A stretch of DNA of 64,000 nucleotides from the human T2T-CHM13v2.0 reference genome, Homo sapiens. The first letter of the stretch is position 1. Each line of letters starts with the position of its first letter. This document shows positions 12,551 to 26,295 of the stretch, in pieces. The notes below the pieces were generated by a model. It was not told the origin of the DNA and ran no database searches. It saw nothing but the letters and a program-made list of their open reading frames with translations. The DNA lies in NCBI RefSeq assembly GCF_009914755.1, contig NC_060946.1, one strand, 5' to 3'. The translations under genes and the position numbers were made by a program.

Positions 12551-15500
12551 CTAGGATGTGCCTAATTTAACTTTTTGACATAACCCTGTACTGATCATCC
12601 AGGTGATGGAGCTTTTGTCTAGGCTCTGCCTAAGGGGGCATTGTGACATATTTCTGCATTGATCACCCAGGTGGCGAACTCTTCTCTGGGATCTGCCTAT
12701 GGGGGCATTGTGAGAAATCTCTGCACTGATCACCCAGGTGATGTAACTGTTGTGTAACCTCTGCCTACAGGGGAATTGTGAGAGATCTCGTCACTGATTA
12801 CCCAAGTGATGTAACCGTTGTCTAGGCTTTGCATACAGGGGGCTTTGAGACATACCTTTGCACTGATCACTCAGATGATGTAACACATCTAAGTTCGGCC
12901 TAAAGGAGCTTTGTGAAATACCTCTGCACTGATCACTTAGCTGATGTAACACTTTTATAATCACTGCCTACAGGGAATTTTGACAAATCTCTGCACTGAT
13001 CACCTAGGTGATGTAACTCTTGTCTACCCTCTGTCCAGCGGGGCATTGTGAAATATCTCTGCACTGATCACCCAGGTGATTCAACTCTTGACTAGGAACT
13101 GCCTACAGAGGTTATTGTGAAATATCTCTGCACTGATAAACTAGGTGGTGTAACCCTTGTCCAAGCTCTGCCTACAGGGGCGTTTCCACATATCCCTGAA
13201 CTGATGACAGAGGTGATGTAACTCTTGCCTAGGCTTTGCCTACAGGGAACATTGGACATATATCTGCACTGATCACCCAGGTGATGCAACTCTTGCCTAG
13301 GCTTTGCCTACAGGGGACATTGTGACATATCTCTTCAATGATCACTCATGTGATGCATCTCTTGCCTAGGCTTTGCCTACAGGGGACATTGTGACATATC
13401 TCTGCACTGATCTCCCAGGTGCTGTAACTTTAGTCTAGGCTCTGGCTACACGGCATTGTGACATATCACTGCACTGATCAACCAGGTGATATAACTCTTG
13501 TATAGGCTCTGCCTACAGGGGGATTGTGACCTACCTCTGCACTGATCACCCAGGTGATATAACTATTCTCTAGCACCTTCCTACAAGGTACTTTGTGACA
13601 TATCCCTGCATTGATCACCCAGGTGATCTATCTCTAGTCTAAGCTCTGCCTAAAGGGGCATTGTGACAGATCTCTGCACGGATCACTCAGGTGATGTAAG
13701 TATTGTCTAGGCTCTGCTTCAAGGGGCCTTTTCACATATCCCTGCACTGATCACCCAGGTGATGTAACTCTTGTCTAGGCTCTGCTTCCAGGGCATATTG
13801 TGACATATCTATGCACTGATCACCTTAGTGATGTAACACTTTGGTAGGCTCGGCCTACAGGGGAATCTTGACATATCTCTGCACTGTTAACCGAGGTGAT
13901 TTAGCTCTTGTCTAGGCTGTGCCCACAGGGGGATTGAGACATATCACTGCACTGATCCCGAGGTGATACAACTCTTGCTTGGTCTCTGCCTACTGTGGAC
14001 ATTGTGACATATCTCTGCACTGATCTCCGAGGTGCTGTAACTTTAGTCTAGGCTCTGGCTACACGGCATTGTGACATATCACTGCACTGATCACCCAGGC
14101 GATATAACAATCCTCTAGGATCTGACCACAGGGTGCTTTGTGACATATCCCTGCAATGATCACCCAGGTGATATACCACTTGCCAAGGCTCTGCCTACAG
14201 GGGCATTGCAATGTATCTCTGCACTGATCACCTAGGTCTTGTAGCTATTTTCTAGGATCTGCCTACAGGGTGCTTTGTGACGTGTCCCAGCAAGGATTAC
14301 TCAGGTGATGTACCTCTCATCAAGGCTCTGCCTACAGGCACATTGTGATGTATCTCTGCACTGATCACCTAGGTCATGTAACTTTTTTCTAGGCTCTACC
14401 TACGATGGCATTGTGACATATCTCTGCACTAATCATCCAAGTGATGTAACTCTTCTCTAGGATTTGCCTAAATTAACTTTTTGACATAACCCTGTACTGA
14501 TCATCCAGGTGATGGAGCTTTTGTCTAGGCTCTGCCTAAGGGGGCATTGTGACATATTTCTGCATTGATCACCCAGGTGGCGAACTCTTCTCTCGGATCT
14601 GCTATGGGGGCATTGTGAGAAATCTCTGCACTGATCACCCAGGTGATGTAACTGTTGTGTAACCTCTGCCTACAGGGGAATTGTGAGAGATCTCGTCACT
14701 GATTACCCAAGTGATGTAACCGTTGTCTAGGCATTGCATACAGGGGGCATTGTGACATACCTTTGCACTGATCACCCAGGTGATGTTACACATCTAACTT
14801 CGGCCTAAAGGAGCTTTGTGACATATCTCTGCACTGATCTCTTAGGTGATGTAACACTTTTATAATCACTGCCTACAGGGAATTTTGACAAATCTCTGCA
14901 CTGATCACCTAGGTGATGTAACTCTTGTCTACCCTCTGTCCAACGGGGCATTGTGAAATATCTCTGCACTGATCACCCAGGTGATTCAACTCTTGACTAG
15001 GAACTGCCTACAGAGGTTATTGTGAAATATCTCTGCACTGATAAACTAGGTGGTGTAACCCTTGTCCAAGCTCTGCCTACAGGGGCGTTTCCACATATCC
15101 CTGAACTGATGACAGAGGTGATGTAACTCTTGCCTAGGCTTTGCCTACAGGGAACATTGGACATATATCTGCACTGATCACCCAGGTGATGCAACTCTTG
15201 CCTAGGCTTTGCCTACAGGGGACATTGTGACATATCTCTTCAGTGATCACTCATGTGATGCATCTCTTGCCTAGGCTTTGCCTACAGGGGACATTGTGAC
15301 ATATCTCTGCACTGATCTCCCAGGTGCTGTAACTTTAGTCTAGGCTCTGGCTACACGGCATTGTGACATATCACTGCACTGATCAACCAGGTGATATAAC
15401 TCTTGTATAGGCTCTGCCTACAGGGGGATTGTGACCTACCTCTGCACTGATCACCCAGGTGATATAACTCTTCTCTAGGATCTTCCTACAGGGTACTTTG

Positions 15501-18500
15501 TGACATATCCCTGCACTGATCACCCAGGTGATCTATCTCTGGTCTAAGCTCTGCCTAAAGGGGCATTGTGACAGATCTCTGCACTGATCACTCAGGTGAT
15601 GTAAGTATTGTCTAGGCTCTGCTTCAAGGGGCCTTGTCACATATCTCTGCACTGATCACCCAGGTGATGTAACTCTTGTCTAGGCTCTGCTTCCAGGGCA
15701 TATTGTGACATATCTATGCACTGATCACCTTAGTGATGTAACACTTTGGTAGGCTCGGCCTACAGGGGAATCTTGACATATCTCTGCACTGTTAACCGAG
15801 GTGATTTAACTCTTGTCTAGGTTGTGCCCACAGGGGGATTGAGACATATCTCTGCACTGATCCCGAGGTGATACAACTCTTGCCTGGTCTCTGCCTACTG
15901 TGGACATTGTGACATATCTCTGCACTGATCTCCCAGGTGCTGTAACTTTAGTCTAGGCTCTGGCTACACAGCATTGTGACATATCACTGCACTGATCACC
16001 CAGGCGATATAACTCTTCTCTAGGATCTGACCACAGGGTCCTTTGTGACATATCCCTGCAATGATCACCCAGGTGATATACCACTTGCCAAGGCTCTGCC
16101 TACAGGGGCATTGCAATGTATCTCTGCACTGATCACCTAGGTCTTGTAGAAATTTCTAGGTTCTGCCAACAGGGTGCTTTGTGACGTGTCCCAGCAAGGA
16201 TTACCCAGGTGATGTACCTCTCATCAAGGCTCTGCCTACAGGCACATTGTGATGTATCTCTGCTCTGATCACCTAGGTGATGTAAATTTTGTCTAGGCTC
16301 TACCTACGATGGCATTGTGACATATCTCTGCACTAATCATCCAAGTGATGTAACTCTTGTCTAGGATGTGCCTAAATTAACTTTTTGACATAACCCTGTA
16401 CTGATCATCCAGGTGATGGAGCTTTTGTCTAGGCTCTGCCTAAGGGGGCATTGTGACATATTTCTGCATTGATCCCCAAGGTGGCGAACTCTTCTCTCGG
16501 ATCTGCCTATGGGGGCATTGTGAGAAATCTCTGCACTGATCACCCAGGTGATGTAACTGTTGTGTAACCTCTGCCTACAGGGGAATTGTGAGAGATCTCG
16601 CCACTGATTACCCAAGTGATGTAACCGTTGTCTAGGCTTTGCGTACAGGGGGCTTTGTGACATACCTTTGCACTGATCACCCAGGTGATGTAACACATCG
16701 AAGTTCGGCCTAAAGGAGCTTTGTGACATATCTCTGCACTGATCGCTTAGGTGATGTAACACTTTTATAATCACTGCCTACAGGGAATTTTGACAAATCT
16801 CTGCACTGATCACCTAGGTGATGTAACTCTTGTCTACCCTCTGTCCAACGGGGCATTGTGAAATATCTCTGCACTGATCACCCAGGTGATTCAACTCTTG
16901 ACTAGGAACTGCCTACAGAGGTTATTGTGAAATATCTCTGCACTGATAAACTAGGTGGTGTAACCCTTGTCCAAGCTCTGCCTACAGGGGCGTTTCCACA
17001 TATCCCTGAACTGATGACAGTGGTGATGTAACTCTTGCCTAGGCTTTGCCTACAGGGAACATTGGACATATATCTGCACTGATCACCCAGATGATGCAAC
17101 TCTTGCCTAGGCTTTGCCTACAGGGGACATTGTGACATATCTCTTCAATGATCACTCATGTGATGCATCTCTTGCCTAGGCTTTGCCTACAGGGGACATT
17201 GTGACATATCTCTGCACTGATCTCCCAGGTGCTGTAACTTTAGTCTAGGCTCTGGCTACACGGCATTGTGACATATCACTGCACTGATCAACCAGGTGAT
17301 ATAACTCTTGTATTGGCTCTGCCTACAGGGGGATTGTGACCTACCTCTGCACTGATCACGCAGGTGATATAACTCTTCTCTAGGATCTTCCTACAGGGTA
17401 CTTTGTGACATATCCCTGCACTGATCACCCAGGTGATCTATCTCTGATCTAAGCTCTGCCTAAAGGGGCATTGTGACAGATCTCTGCACTGATCACTCAG
17501 GTGATGTAAGTATTGTCTAGGCTCTGCTTCAAGGGGCCTTGTCACATATCTCTGCACTGATCACCCAGGTGATGTAACTCTTGTCTAGGCTCTGCTTCCA
17601 GGGCATATTGTGACATATCTATGCACTGATCACCTTAGTGATGTAACACTTTGCTAGGCTCGGCCTACAGGGGAATCTTGACATATCTCTGCACTGTTAA
17701 CCGAGGTGATTTAACTCTTGTCTAGGCTGTGCCCACAGGGGGATTGAGACATATCTCTGCACTGATCCCGAGGTGATACAACTCTTGCCTGGTCTCTGCC
17801 TACAGTGGACATTGTGACATATCTCTGCACTGATCTCCCAGGTGCTGCAACTTTAGTCTAGGCTCTGGCTACACGGCATTGTGACATATCACTGCACTGA
17901 TCACCCAGGCGATATAACTCTTCCCTAGGATCTGACCACAGGGTGCTTTGTGACATATCCCTGCAATGATCACCCAGGTGATATACCACTTGCCAAGGCT
18001 CTGCCTACAGGGGCATTGCAATGTATCTCTGCACTGATCACCTAGGTCTTGTAGCTATTTTCTAGGATCTGCCTACAGGGTGCTTTGTGACGTGTCCCAG
18101 CAAGGATTACCCAGGTGATGTACCTCTCATTAAGGCTCTGCCTACAGGCACATTGTGATGTGTCTCTGCACTGATCACCTAGGTCATGTAAATTTTGTCT
18201 AGGCTCTACCTACGATGGCATTGTGACATATCTCTGCACTAATCATCCAAGTGATGTAACTCTTGTCTAGGATGTGCCTAAATTAACTTTTTGACATAAC
18301 CCTGTACTGATCATCCAGGTGATGGAGCTTTTGTCTAGGCTCTGCCTAAGGGGGCATTGTGACATATTTCTGCATTGATCCCCCAGGTGGCGAACTCTTC
18401 TCTCGGATCTGCCTATGGGGGCATTGTGAGAAATCTCTGCACTGATCACCCAGGTGATGTAACTGTTGTGTAACCTCTGCCTACAGGGGAATTGTGAGAG

Positions 18501-20171
18501 ATCTCGCCACTGATTACCCAAGTGATGTAACCGTTGTCTAGGCTTTGCGTACAGGGGGCTTTGTGACATACCTTTGCACTGATCACCCAGGTGATGTAAC
18601 ACATCGAAGTTCGGCCTAAAGGAGCTTTGTGACATATCTCTGCACTGATCGCTTAGGTGATGTAACACTTTTATAATCACTGCCTACAGGGAATTTTGAC
18701 AAATCTCTGCACTGATCACCTAGGTGATGTAACTCTTGTCTACCCTCTGTCCAACGGGGCATTGTGAAATATCTCTGCACTGATCACCCAGGTGATTCAA
18801 CTCTTGACTAGGAACTGCCTACAGAGGTTATTGTGAAATATCTCTGCACTGATTAACTAGGTGGTGTAACCCTTGTCCAAGCTCTGCCTACAGGGGCGTT
18901 TCCACATATCCCTGAACTGATGACAGAGTTGATGTAACTCTTGCCTAGGCTTTGCCTACAGGGAACATTGGACATATATCTGCACTGATCACCCAGGTGA
19001 TGCAACTCTTGCCTAGGCTTTGCCTACAGGGGACATTGTGACATATCTCTTCAATGATCACTCATGTGATGCATCTCTTGCCTAGGCTTTGCCTACAGGG
19101 GACATTGTGACATATCTCTGCACTGATCTCCCAGGTGCTGTAACTTTAGTCTAGGCTCTGGCTACACGGCATTGTGACATATCACTGCACTGATCAACCA
19201 GGTGATAAAACTCTTGTATAGGCTCTGCCTACAGGGGGATTGTGACCTACCTCTGCACTGATCACCCAGGTGATATAACTCTTCTCTAGGATCTTCCTAC
19301 AGGATGCTTTGTGACATATCCCTGCACTGATCACCCAGGTGATCTATCTCTGGTCTAAGCTCTGCCTAAAGGGGCATTGTGACAGATCTCTGCACTGATC
19401 ACTCAGGTGATGTAAGTATTGTCTAGGCTCTGCTTCAACGGGCCTTGTCACATATCTCTTCACTGATCACCCAGGTGATGTAACTCTTGTCTAGGCTCTG
19501 CTTCCAGGGCATATTGTGACATATCTATGCACTGATCACCTTAGTGATGTAACACTTTGGTAGGCTCGGCCTACAGGGGAATCTTGACATATCTCTGCAC
19601 TGTTAACCGAGGTGATTTAACTCTTGTCTAGGTTGTGCCCACAGGGGGATTGAGACATATCTCTGCACTGATCCCGAGGTGATACAACTCTTGCCTGGTC
19701 TCTGCCTACTGTGGACATTGTGACATATCTCTGCACTGATCTCCCAGGTGCTGTAACTTTAGTCTAGGCTCTGGCTACACAGCATTGTGACATATCACTG
19801 CACTGATCACCCAGGCGATATAACTCTTCTCTAGGATCTGACCACAGGGTCCTTTGTGACATATCCCTGCAATGATCACCCAGGTGATATACCACTTGCC
19901 AAGGCTCTGCCTACAGGGGCATTGCAATGTATCTCTGCACTGATCACCTAGGTCTTGTAGAAATTTCTAGGATCTGCCTACAGGGTGCTTTGTGACGTGT
20001 CCCAGCAAGGATTACCCAGGTGATGTACCTCTCATCAAGGCTCTGCCTACAGGCACATTGTGATGTATCTCTGCACTGATCACCTAGGTCATGTAAATTT
20101 TGTCTAGGCTCTACCTACGATGGCATTGTGACATATCTCTGCACTAATCATCCAAGTGATGTAACTCTTGT
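12551..20171 (-). repeat. Four canonical 28-mer HORs (1906, 1904, 1906, 1905 bp)
   Basis: Markers at 12551, 14457, 16361, 18267 and 20172; 1-bp deletions explain the short spacings. Confidence 0.9.
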
Positions 20172-21192
20172 CTAGGATGTGCCTAAATTAACTTTTTGAC
20201 ATAACCCTGTACTGATCATCCAGGTGATGGAGCTTTTGTCTAGGCTCTGCCTAAGGGGGCATTGTGACATATTTCTGCATTGATCCCCAAGGTGGCGAAC
20301 TCTTCTCTCGGATCTGCCTATGGGGGCATTGTGAGAAATCTCTGCACTGATCACCCAGGTGATCTATCTCTGGTCTAAGCTCTGCCTAAAGGGGCATTGT
20401 GACAGATCTCTGCACTGATCACTCAGGTGATGTAAGTATTGTCTAGGCTCTGCTTCAAGGGGCCTTGTCACATATCTCTGCACTGATCACCCAGGTGATG
20501 TAACTCTTGTCTAGGCTCTGCTTCCAGGGCATATTGTGACATATCTATGCACTGATCACCTTAGTGATGTAACACTTTGGTAGGCTCGGCCTAGAGGGGA
20601 ATCTTGACATATCTCTGCACTGTTAACCGAGGTGATTTAACTCTTGTCTAGGTTGTGCCCACAGGGGGATTGAGACATATCTCTGCACTGATCCCGAGGT
20701 GATACAACTCTTGCCTGGTCTCTGCCTACTGTGGACATTGTGACATATCTCTTCACTGATCTCCCAGATGCTGTAACTTTAGTCTAGGCTCTGGCTACAC
20801 GGCATTGTGACATATCACTGCACTGATCACCCAGGCGATATAACTCTTCTCTAGGATCTGACCACAGGGTGCTTTGTGACATATCCCTGCAATGATCACC
20901 CAGGTGATATACGACTTACCAAGGCTCTGCCTACAGGGGCATTGCAATGTATCCCTGCACTGATCACCTAGGTCTTGTAGATATTTTCTAGGATCTGCCT
21001 ACAGGGTGCTTTGTGACGTGTCCCAGCAAGGATTACCCAGGTGATGTACCTCTCATCAAGGCTCTGCCTACAGGCACATTGTGATGTATCTCTGCACTGA
21101 TCACCTAGGTCAAGGAAATTTTGTCTAGGCTCTACCTACGATGGCATTGTGACATATCTCTGCACTAATCATCCAATTGATGTAACTCTTGT
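20172..21192 (-). repeat. 15-monomer deletion variant HOR (1021 bp; m13-m25 missing)
   Basis: m12 end (gagaaatctctgcact) is followed at 20349 by m26; 885 bp shorter than canonical. Confidence 0.9.
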
Positions 21193-24100
21193 CTAGGATG
21201 TGCCTAAATTACCTTTTTGACATAACCCTGTACTGATCATCCAGGTGATGGAGGTTTTGTCTAGGCTCTGCCTAAGGGGACATTGTGACATATTTCTGCA
21301 TTGATCCCCCAGGTGGCGAACTCTTCTCTCGGATCTGCCTATGGGGGCATTGTGAGAAATCTCTGCACTGATCACCCAGGTGATGTAACTGTTGTGTAAC
21401 CTCTGCCTACAGGGGAATTGTGAGAGATCTCGCCACTGATTACCCAAGTGATGTAACCGTTGTCTAGGCTTTGCGTACAGGGGGCTTTGTGACATACCTT
21501 TGCACTGATCACCCAGGTGATGTAACACATCTAAGTTCGGCATAAAGGAGCTTTGTGACATATCTCTGCACTGATCGCTTAGGTGATGTAACACTTTTAT
21601 AATCACTGCCTACAGGGAATTTTGACAAATCTCTGCACTGATCACCTAGGTGATGTAACTCTTGTCTACCCTCTGTCCAACGGGGCATTGTGAAATATCT
21701 CTGCACAGATCACCCAGGTGATTCAACTCTTGACTAGGAACTGCCTACAGAGGTTATTGTGAAATATCTCTGCACTGATAAACTAGGTGGTGTAACCCTT
21801 GTCCAAGCTCTGCCTACAGTGGCGTTTCCACATATCCCTGAACTGATGACAGAGGTGATGTAACTCTTGCCTAGGCTTTGCCTACAGGGAACATTGGACC
21901 TATATCTGCACTGATCACCCAGGTGATGCAACTCTTGCCTAGGCTTTGCCTACAGGGGACATTGTGACATATCTCTTCAATGATCACTCATGTGATGCAT
22001 CTCTTGCCTAGGCTTTGCCTACAGGGGACATTGTGACATATCTCTGCACTGATCTCCCAGGTGCTGTAACTTTAGTCTAGGCTCTGGCTACACGGCATTG
22101 TGACATATCACTGCACTGATCAACCAGGTGATAAAACTGTGTATAGGCTCTGCCTACAGGGGGATTGTGACCTACCTCTGCACTGATCACCCAGGTGATA
22201 TAACTCTTCTCTAGGATCTTCCTACAGGGTACTTTGTGACATATCCCTGCACTGATCACCCAGGTGATCTATCTCTGGTCTAAGCTCTGCCTAAAGGGGC
22301 ATTGTGACAGATCTCTGCACTGATCACTCAGGTGATGTAAGTATTGTCTAGGCTCTGCTTCAAGGGGCCTTGTCACATATCTCTGCACTGATCACCCAGG
22401 TGATGTAACTCTTGTCTAGGCTCTGCTTCCAGGGCATATTGTGACATATCTATGCACTGATCACCTTAGTGATGTAACACTTTGGTAGGCTCGGCCTACA
22501 GGGGAATCTTGACATATCTCTGCACTGTTAACCGAGGTGATTTAACTCTTCTCTAGGTTGTGCCCACAGGGGGATTGAGACATATCTCTGCACTGATCCC
22601 GAGGTGATACAACTCTTGCCTGGTCTCTGCCTACTGTGGACATTGTGACATATCTCTGCACTGATCTCCCAGGTGCTGTAACTTTAGTCTAGGCTCTGGC
22701 TACACGGCATTGTGACATATCACTGCACTGATCACCCAGGCGATATAACTCTTCTCTAGGATCTGACCACAGGGTGCTTTGTGACATATCCCTGCAATGA
22801 TCACCCAGGTGATATACCACTTGCCAAGGCTCTGCCTACAGGGGCATTGCAATGTATCTCTGCACTGATCACCTAGGTCTTGTAGATATTTTCTAGGATC
22901 TGCCTACAGGGTGCTTTGTGACGTGTCCCAGCAAGGATTACCCAGGTGATGTACCTCTCATCAAGGCTCTGCCTACAGGCACATTGTGATGTATCTCTGC
23001 ACTGATCACCTAGGTCATGGAAATTTTGTCTAGGCTCTACCTACGATGGCATTGTGACATATCTCTGCACTAATCATCCAAGTGATGTAACTCTGGTCTA
23101 GGATGTGCCTAAATTAACTTTTTGACATAACCCTGTACTGATCATCCAGGTGATGGAGCTTTTGTCTAGGCTCTGCCTAAGGGGTCATTGTGACATATTT
23201 CTGCATTGATCACCCAGGTGGCGAACTCTTCTCTCGGATCTGCCTATGGGGGCATTGTGAGAAATCTCTGCACTGATCACCCAGGTGATGTAACTGTTGT
23301 GTAACCTCTGCCTACAGGGGAATTGTGAGATATCTCGCCACTGATTACCCAAGTGATGTAACCGTTGTCTAGGCTTTGCGTACAGGGGGCTTTGTGACAT
23401 ACCTTTGCACTGATCACCCAGGTGATGTAACACATCTAAGTTCGGCCTAAAGGAGCTTTGTGACATATCTCTGCACTGATCACTTAGGTGATGTAACACT
23501 TTTATAATCATTACCTACAGGGAATTTTGACAAATCTCTGCACTGATCACCTAGGTGATGTAACTCTTGTCTACCCTCTGTCCAACGGGGCATTGTGAAA
23601 TATCTCTGCACTGATCACCCAGGTGATTCAACTCTTGACTAGGAACTGCCTACAGAGGTAATTGTGAAATATCTCTGCACTGATAAACTAATTGGTGTAA
23701 CCCTTGTCAAAGCTCTGCCTACAGGGGCGTTTCCACATATCCCTGAACTGATGACAGAGGTGATGTAACTCTTGCCTAGGCTTTGCCTACAGGGAACATT
23801 GGACATATATCTGCACTGATCACCCAGGTGATGCAACTCTTGCCTAGGCTTCGCCTACAGGGGACATTGTGACATATCTCTTCAATGATCACACATGTGA
23901 TGCATCTCTTGCCTAGGCTTTCCCTACAGGGGACATTGTGACATATCTCTGCACTGATCTCCCAGGTGCTGTATCTTTAGTCTGGGCTCTGGCTACATGG
24001 CATTGTGACATATCACTGCACTGATCAACCAGGTGATATAACTCTTGTATAGGCTCTGCCTACAGGGGGATTGTGACCTACCTCTGCACTGATCACCCAG

Positions 24101-25002
24101 GTGATATAACTCTTCTCTAGGATATTCCTACAGGGTACTTTGTGACATATCCCTGCACTGATCACCCAGGTGATCTATCTCTGGTCTAAGCTCTGCCTAA
24201 AGGGGCATTGTGACAGATCTCTGCACTGATCACTCAGGTGATGTAAGTATTGTCTAGGCTCTGCTTCAAGGGGCCTTGTCACATATCTCTGTACTGATCA
24301 CCGAGGTGATGTAACTCTTGTCTAGGCTCTGCTTCCAGGGCATATTGTGACATATCTATGCACTGATCACCTTAGTGATGTAACACTTTGGTAGGCTCGG
24401 CCTACAGGGGAATCTTGACATATCTCTGCACTGTTAACCGAGGTGATTTAACTCTTGTCTAGGCTGTGCCCACAGGGGGATTGAGACATATCTCTGCACT
24501 GATCCCGAGGTGATACAACTCTTGCCTGGTCTCTCCCTACTGTGGACATTGTGACATATCTCTGCACTGATCTCCCAGGTGCTGTAACTTTAGTCTAGGC
24601 TCTGGCTACACGGCATTGTGACATATCACTGCAGTGATCACCCAGGCGATATAACTGTTCTCTAGGATCTGACCACAGGGTGCTTTGTGACATATCCCTG
24701 CAATGATCACCCAGGTGATATACCACTTGCCAAGGCTCTGCCTACAGGGGCATTGCAATGTATCTCTGCACTGATCACCTAGGTCTTGTAGCTATTTTCT
24801 AGGATCTGCCTACAGGGTGCTTTGTGACGTGTCCCAGCAAGGATTACCCAGGTGATGTACCTCTCATCAAGGCTCTGCCTACAGGCACATTGTGATGTAT
24901 CTCTGCACTGATCACCTAACTCCTGTAAATTTTGTCTAGGCTCTACCTACGATGGCATTGTGACATATCTCTGCACTAATCATCCAAGTGATGTAACTTT
25001 GT

Positions 25003-26295
25003 CTAGGATGTGCCTAAATTATCTTTTTGACATAACCCTGTACTGATCATCCAGGTGATGGAGCTTTTGTCTAGGCTCTGCCTAAGGGGGCATTGTGACA
25101 TATTTCTGCATTGATCCCCCAGGTGGTGAACTCTTCTCTCGGATCTGCCTATGGGGGCATTGTGAGAAATCTCTGCACTGATCACCCAGGTGATGTAACT
25201 GTTGTGTAACCTCTGCCTACAGGGGAATTGTGAGAGATCTCGCCACTGATTACCCAAGTGATGTAACCGTTGTCTAGGCTTTGCGTACAGGGGGCTTTGT
25301 GACATACCTTTGCACTGATCACCCAGGTGATGTAACACATCTAAGTTCGGCCTAAAGGAGCTTTGTGACATATCTCTGCACTGATCGCTTAGGTGAAGTA
25401 ACACTTTTATAATCACTGCCTACAGGGAATTTTGACAAATCTCTGCACTGGTCACCTAGGTGATATAACCCTTGTCTACCCTCTGTCCAACGGGGCATTG
25501 TGAAATAACTCTGCACTGATCACCCAGGTGATTCAACTCTTTAATAGGAACTGCCTACAAAGGTTATTGTGAAATATCTCTACACTGATAAACTAGGTGG
25601 TGTAATCCTTGTCCAAGCTCTGCCTACAGGGGCGTTTCCACATATCCCTGAACTGATGACAGAGGTGATGTAACTCTTGCCTAGGCTTTGCCTACAGGGA
25701 ACATTGGACATATATCTGCACTGATCACCCAGGTGATGCAATTCTTGCCTAGGCTCTGCCTACAGGGGACATTGTGACATATCTCTTCAATGATCACTCA
25801 TGTGATGTATCTCTTGCCTAGGCTTTGCCTACAGGGGACATTGTGACATATCTCTGCACTGATCTCCCAGGTGCTGTAACTTTAGTCTAGGCTCTGGCTA
25901 CACGGCATTGTGACATATCACTGCACTGATCACTCAGGCGATATAACTCTTCTCTAGGATCTGACCACAGGGTGCTTTGTGACATATCCGTGCAATGATC
26001 ACCCAGGTGATATACCACTTGCCAAGGCTCTGCCTACAGGGGCATTGCAATGTATCTCTGCACTGATCACCTAGGTCTTGTAGCTATTTTCTAGGATCTG
26101 CCTACAGGGTGCTTTGTGACGTGTCCCAGCAAGGATTACCCAGGTGATGTACCTCTCATCAAGGCTCTGCCTACAGGCACATTTTGATGTATCTCTGCAC
26201 TGATCACCTAGGTCATGTAAATTTTGTCTGGGCTCTACCTACGATGGCATTGTGACATATCTCTGCACTAATCATCCAACTGATGTAACTCTTGT
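25003..26295 (-). repeat. 19-monomer deletion variant HOR (1293 bp; 9 monomers lost between identical m23 and m4)
   Basis: The monomer at 25861-25927 (m23=m4 sequence) is followed directly by m5; 613 bp shorter than canonical. Confidence 0.9.
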
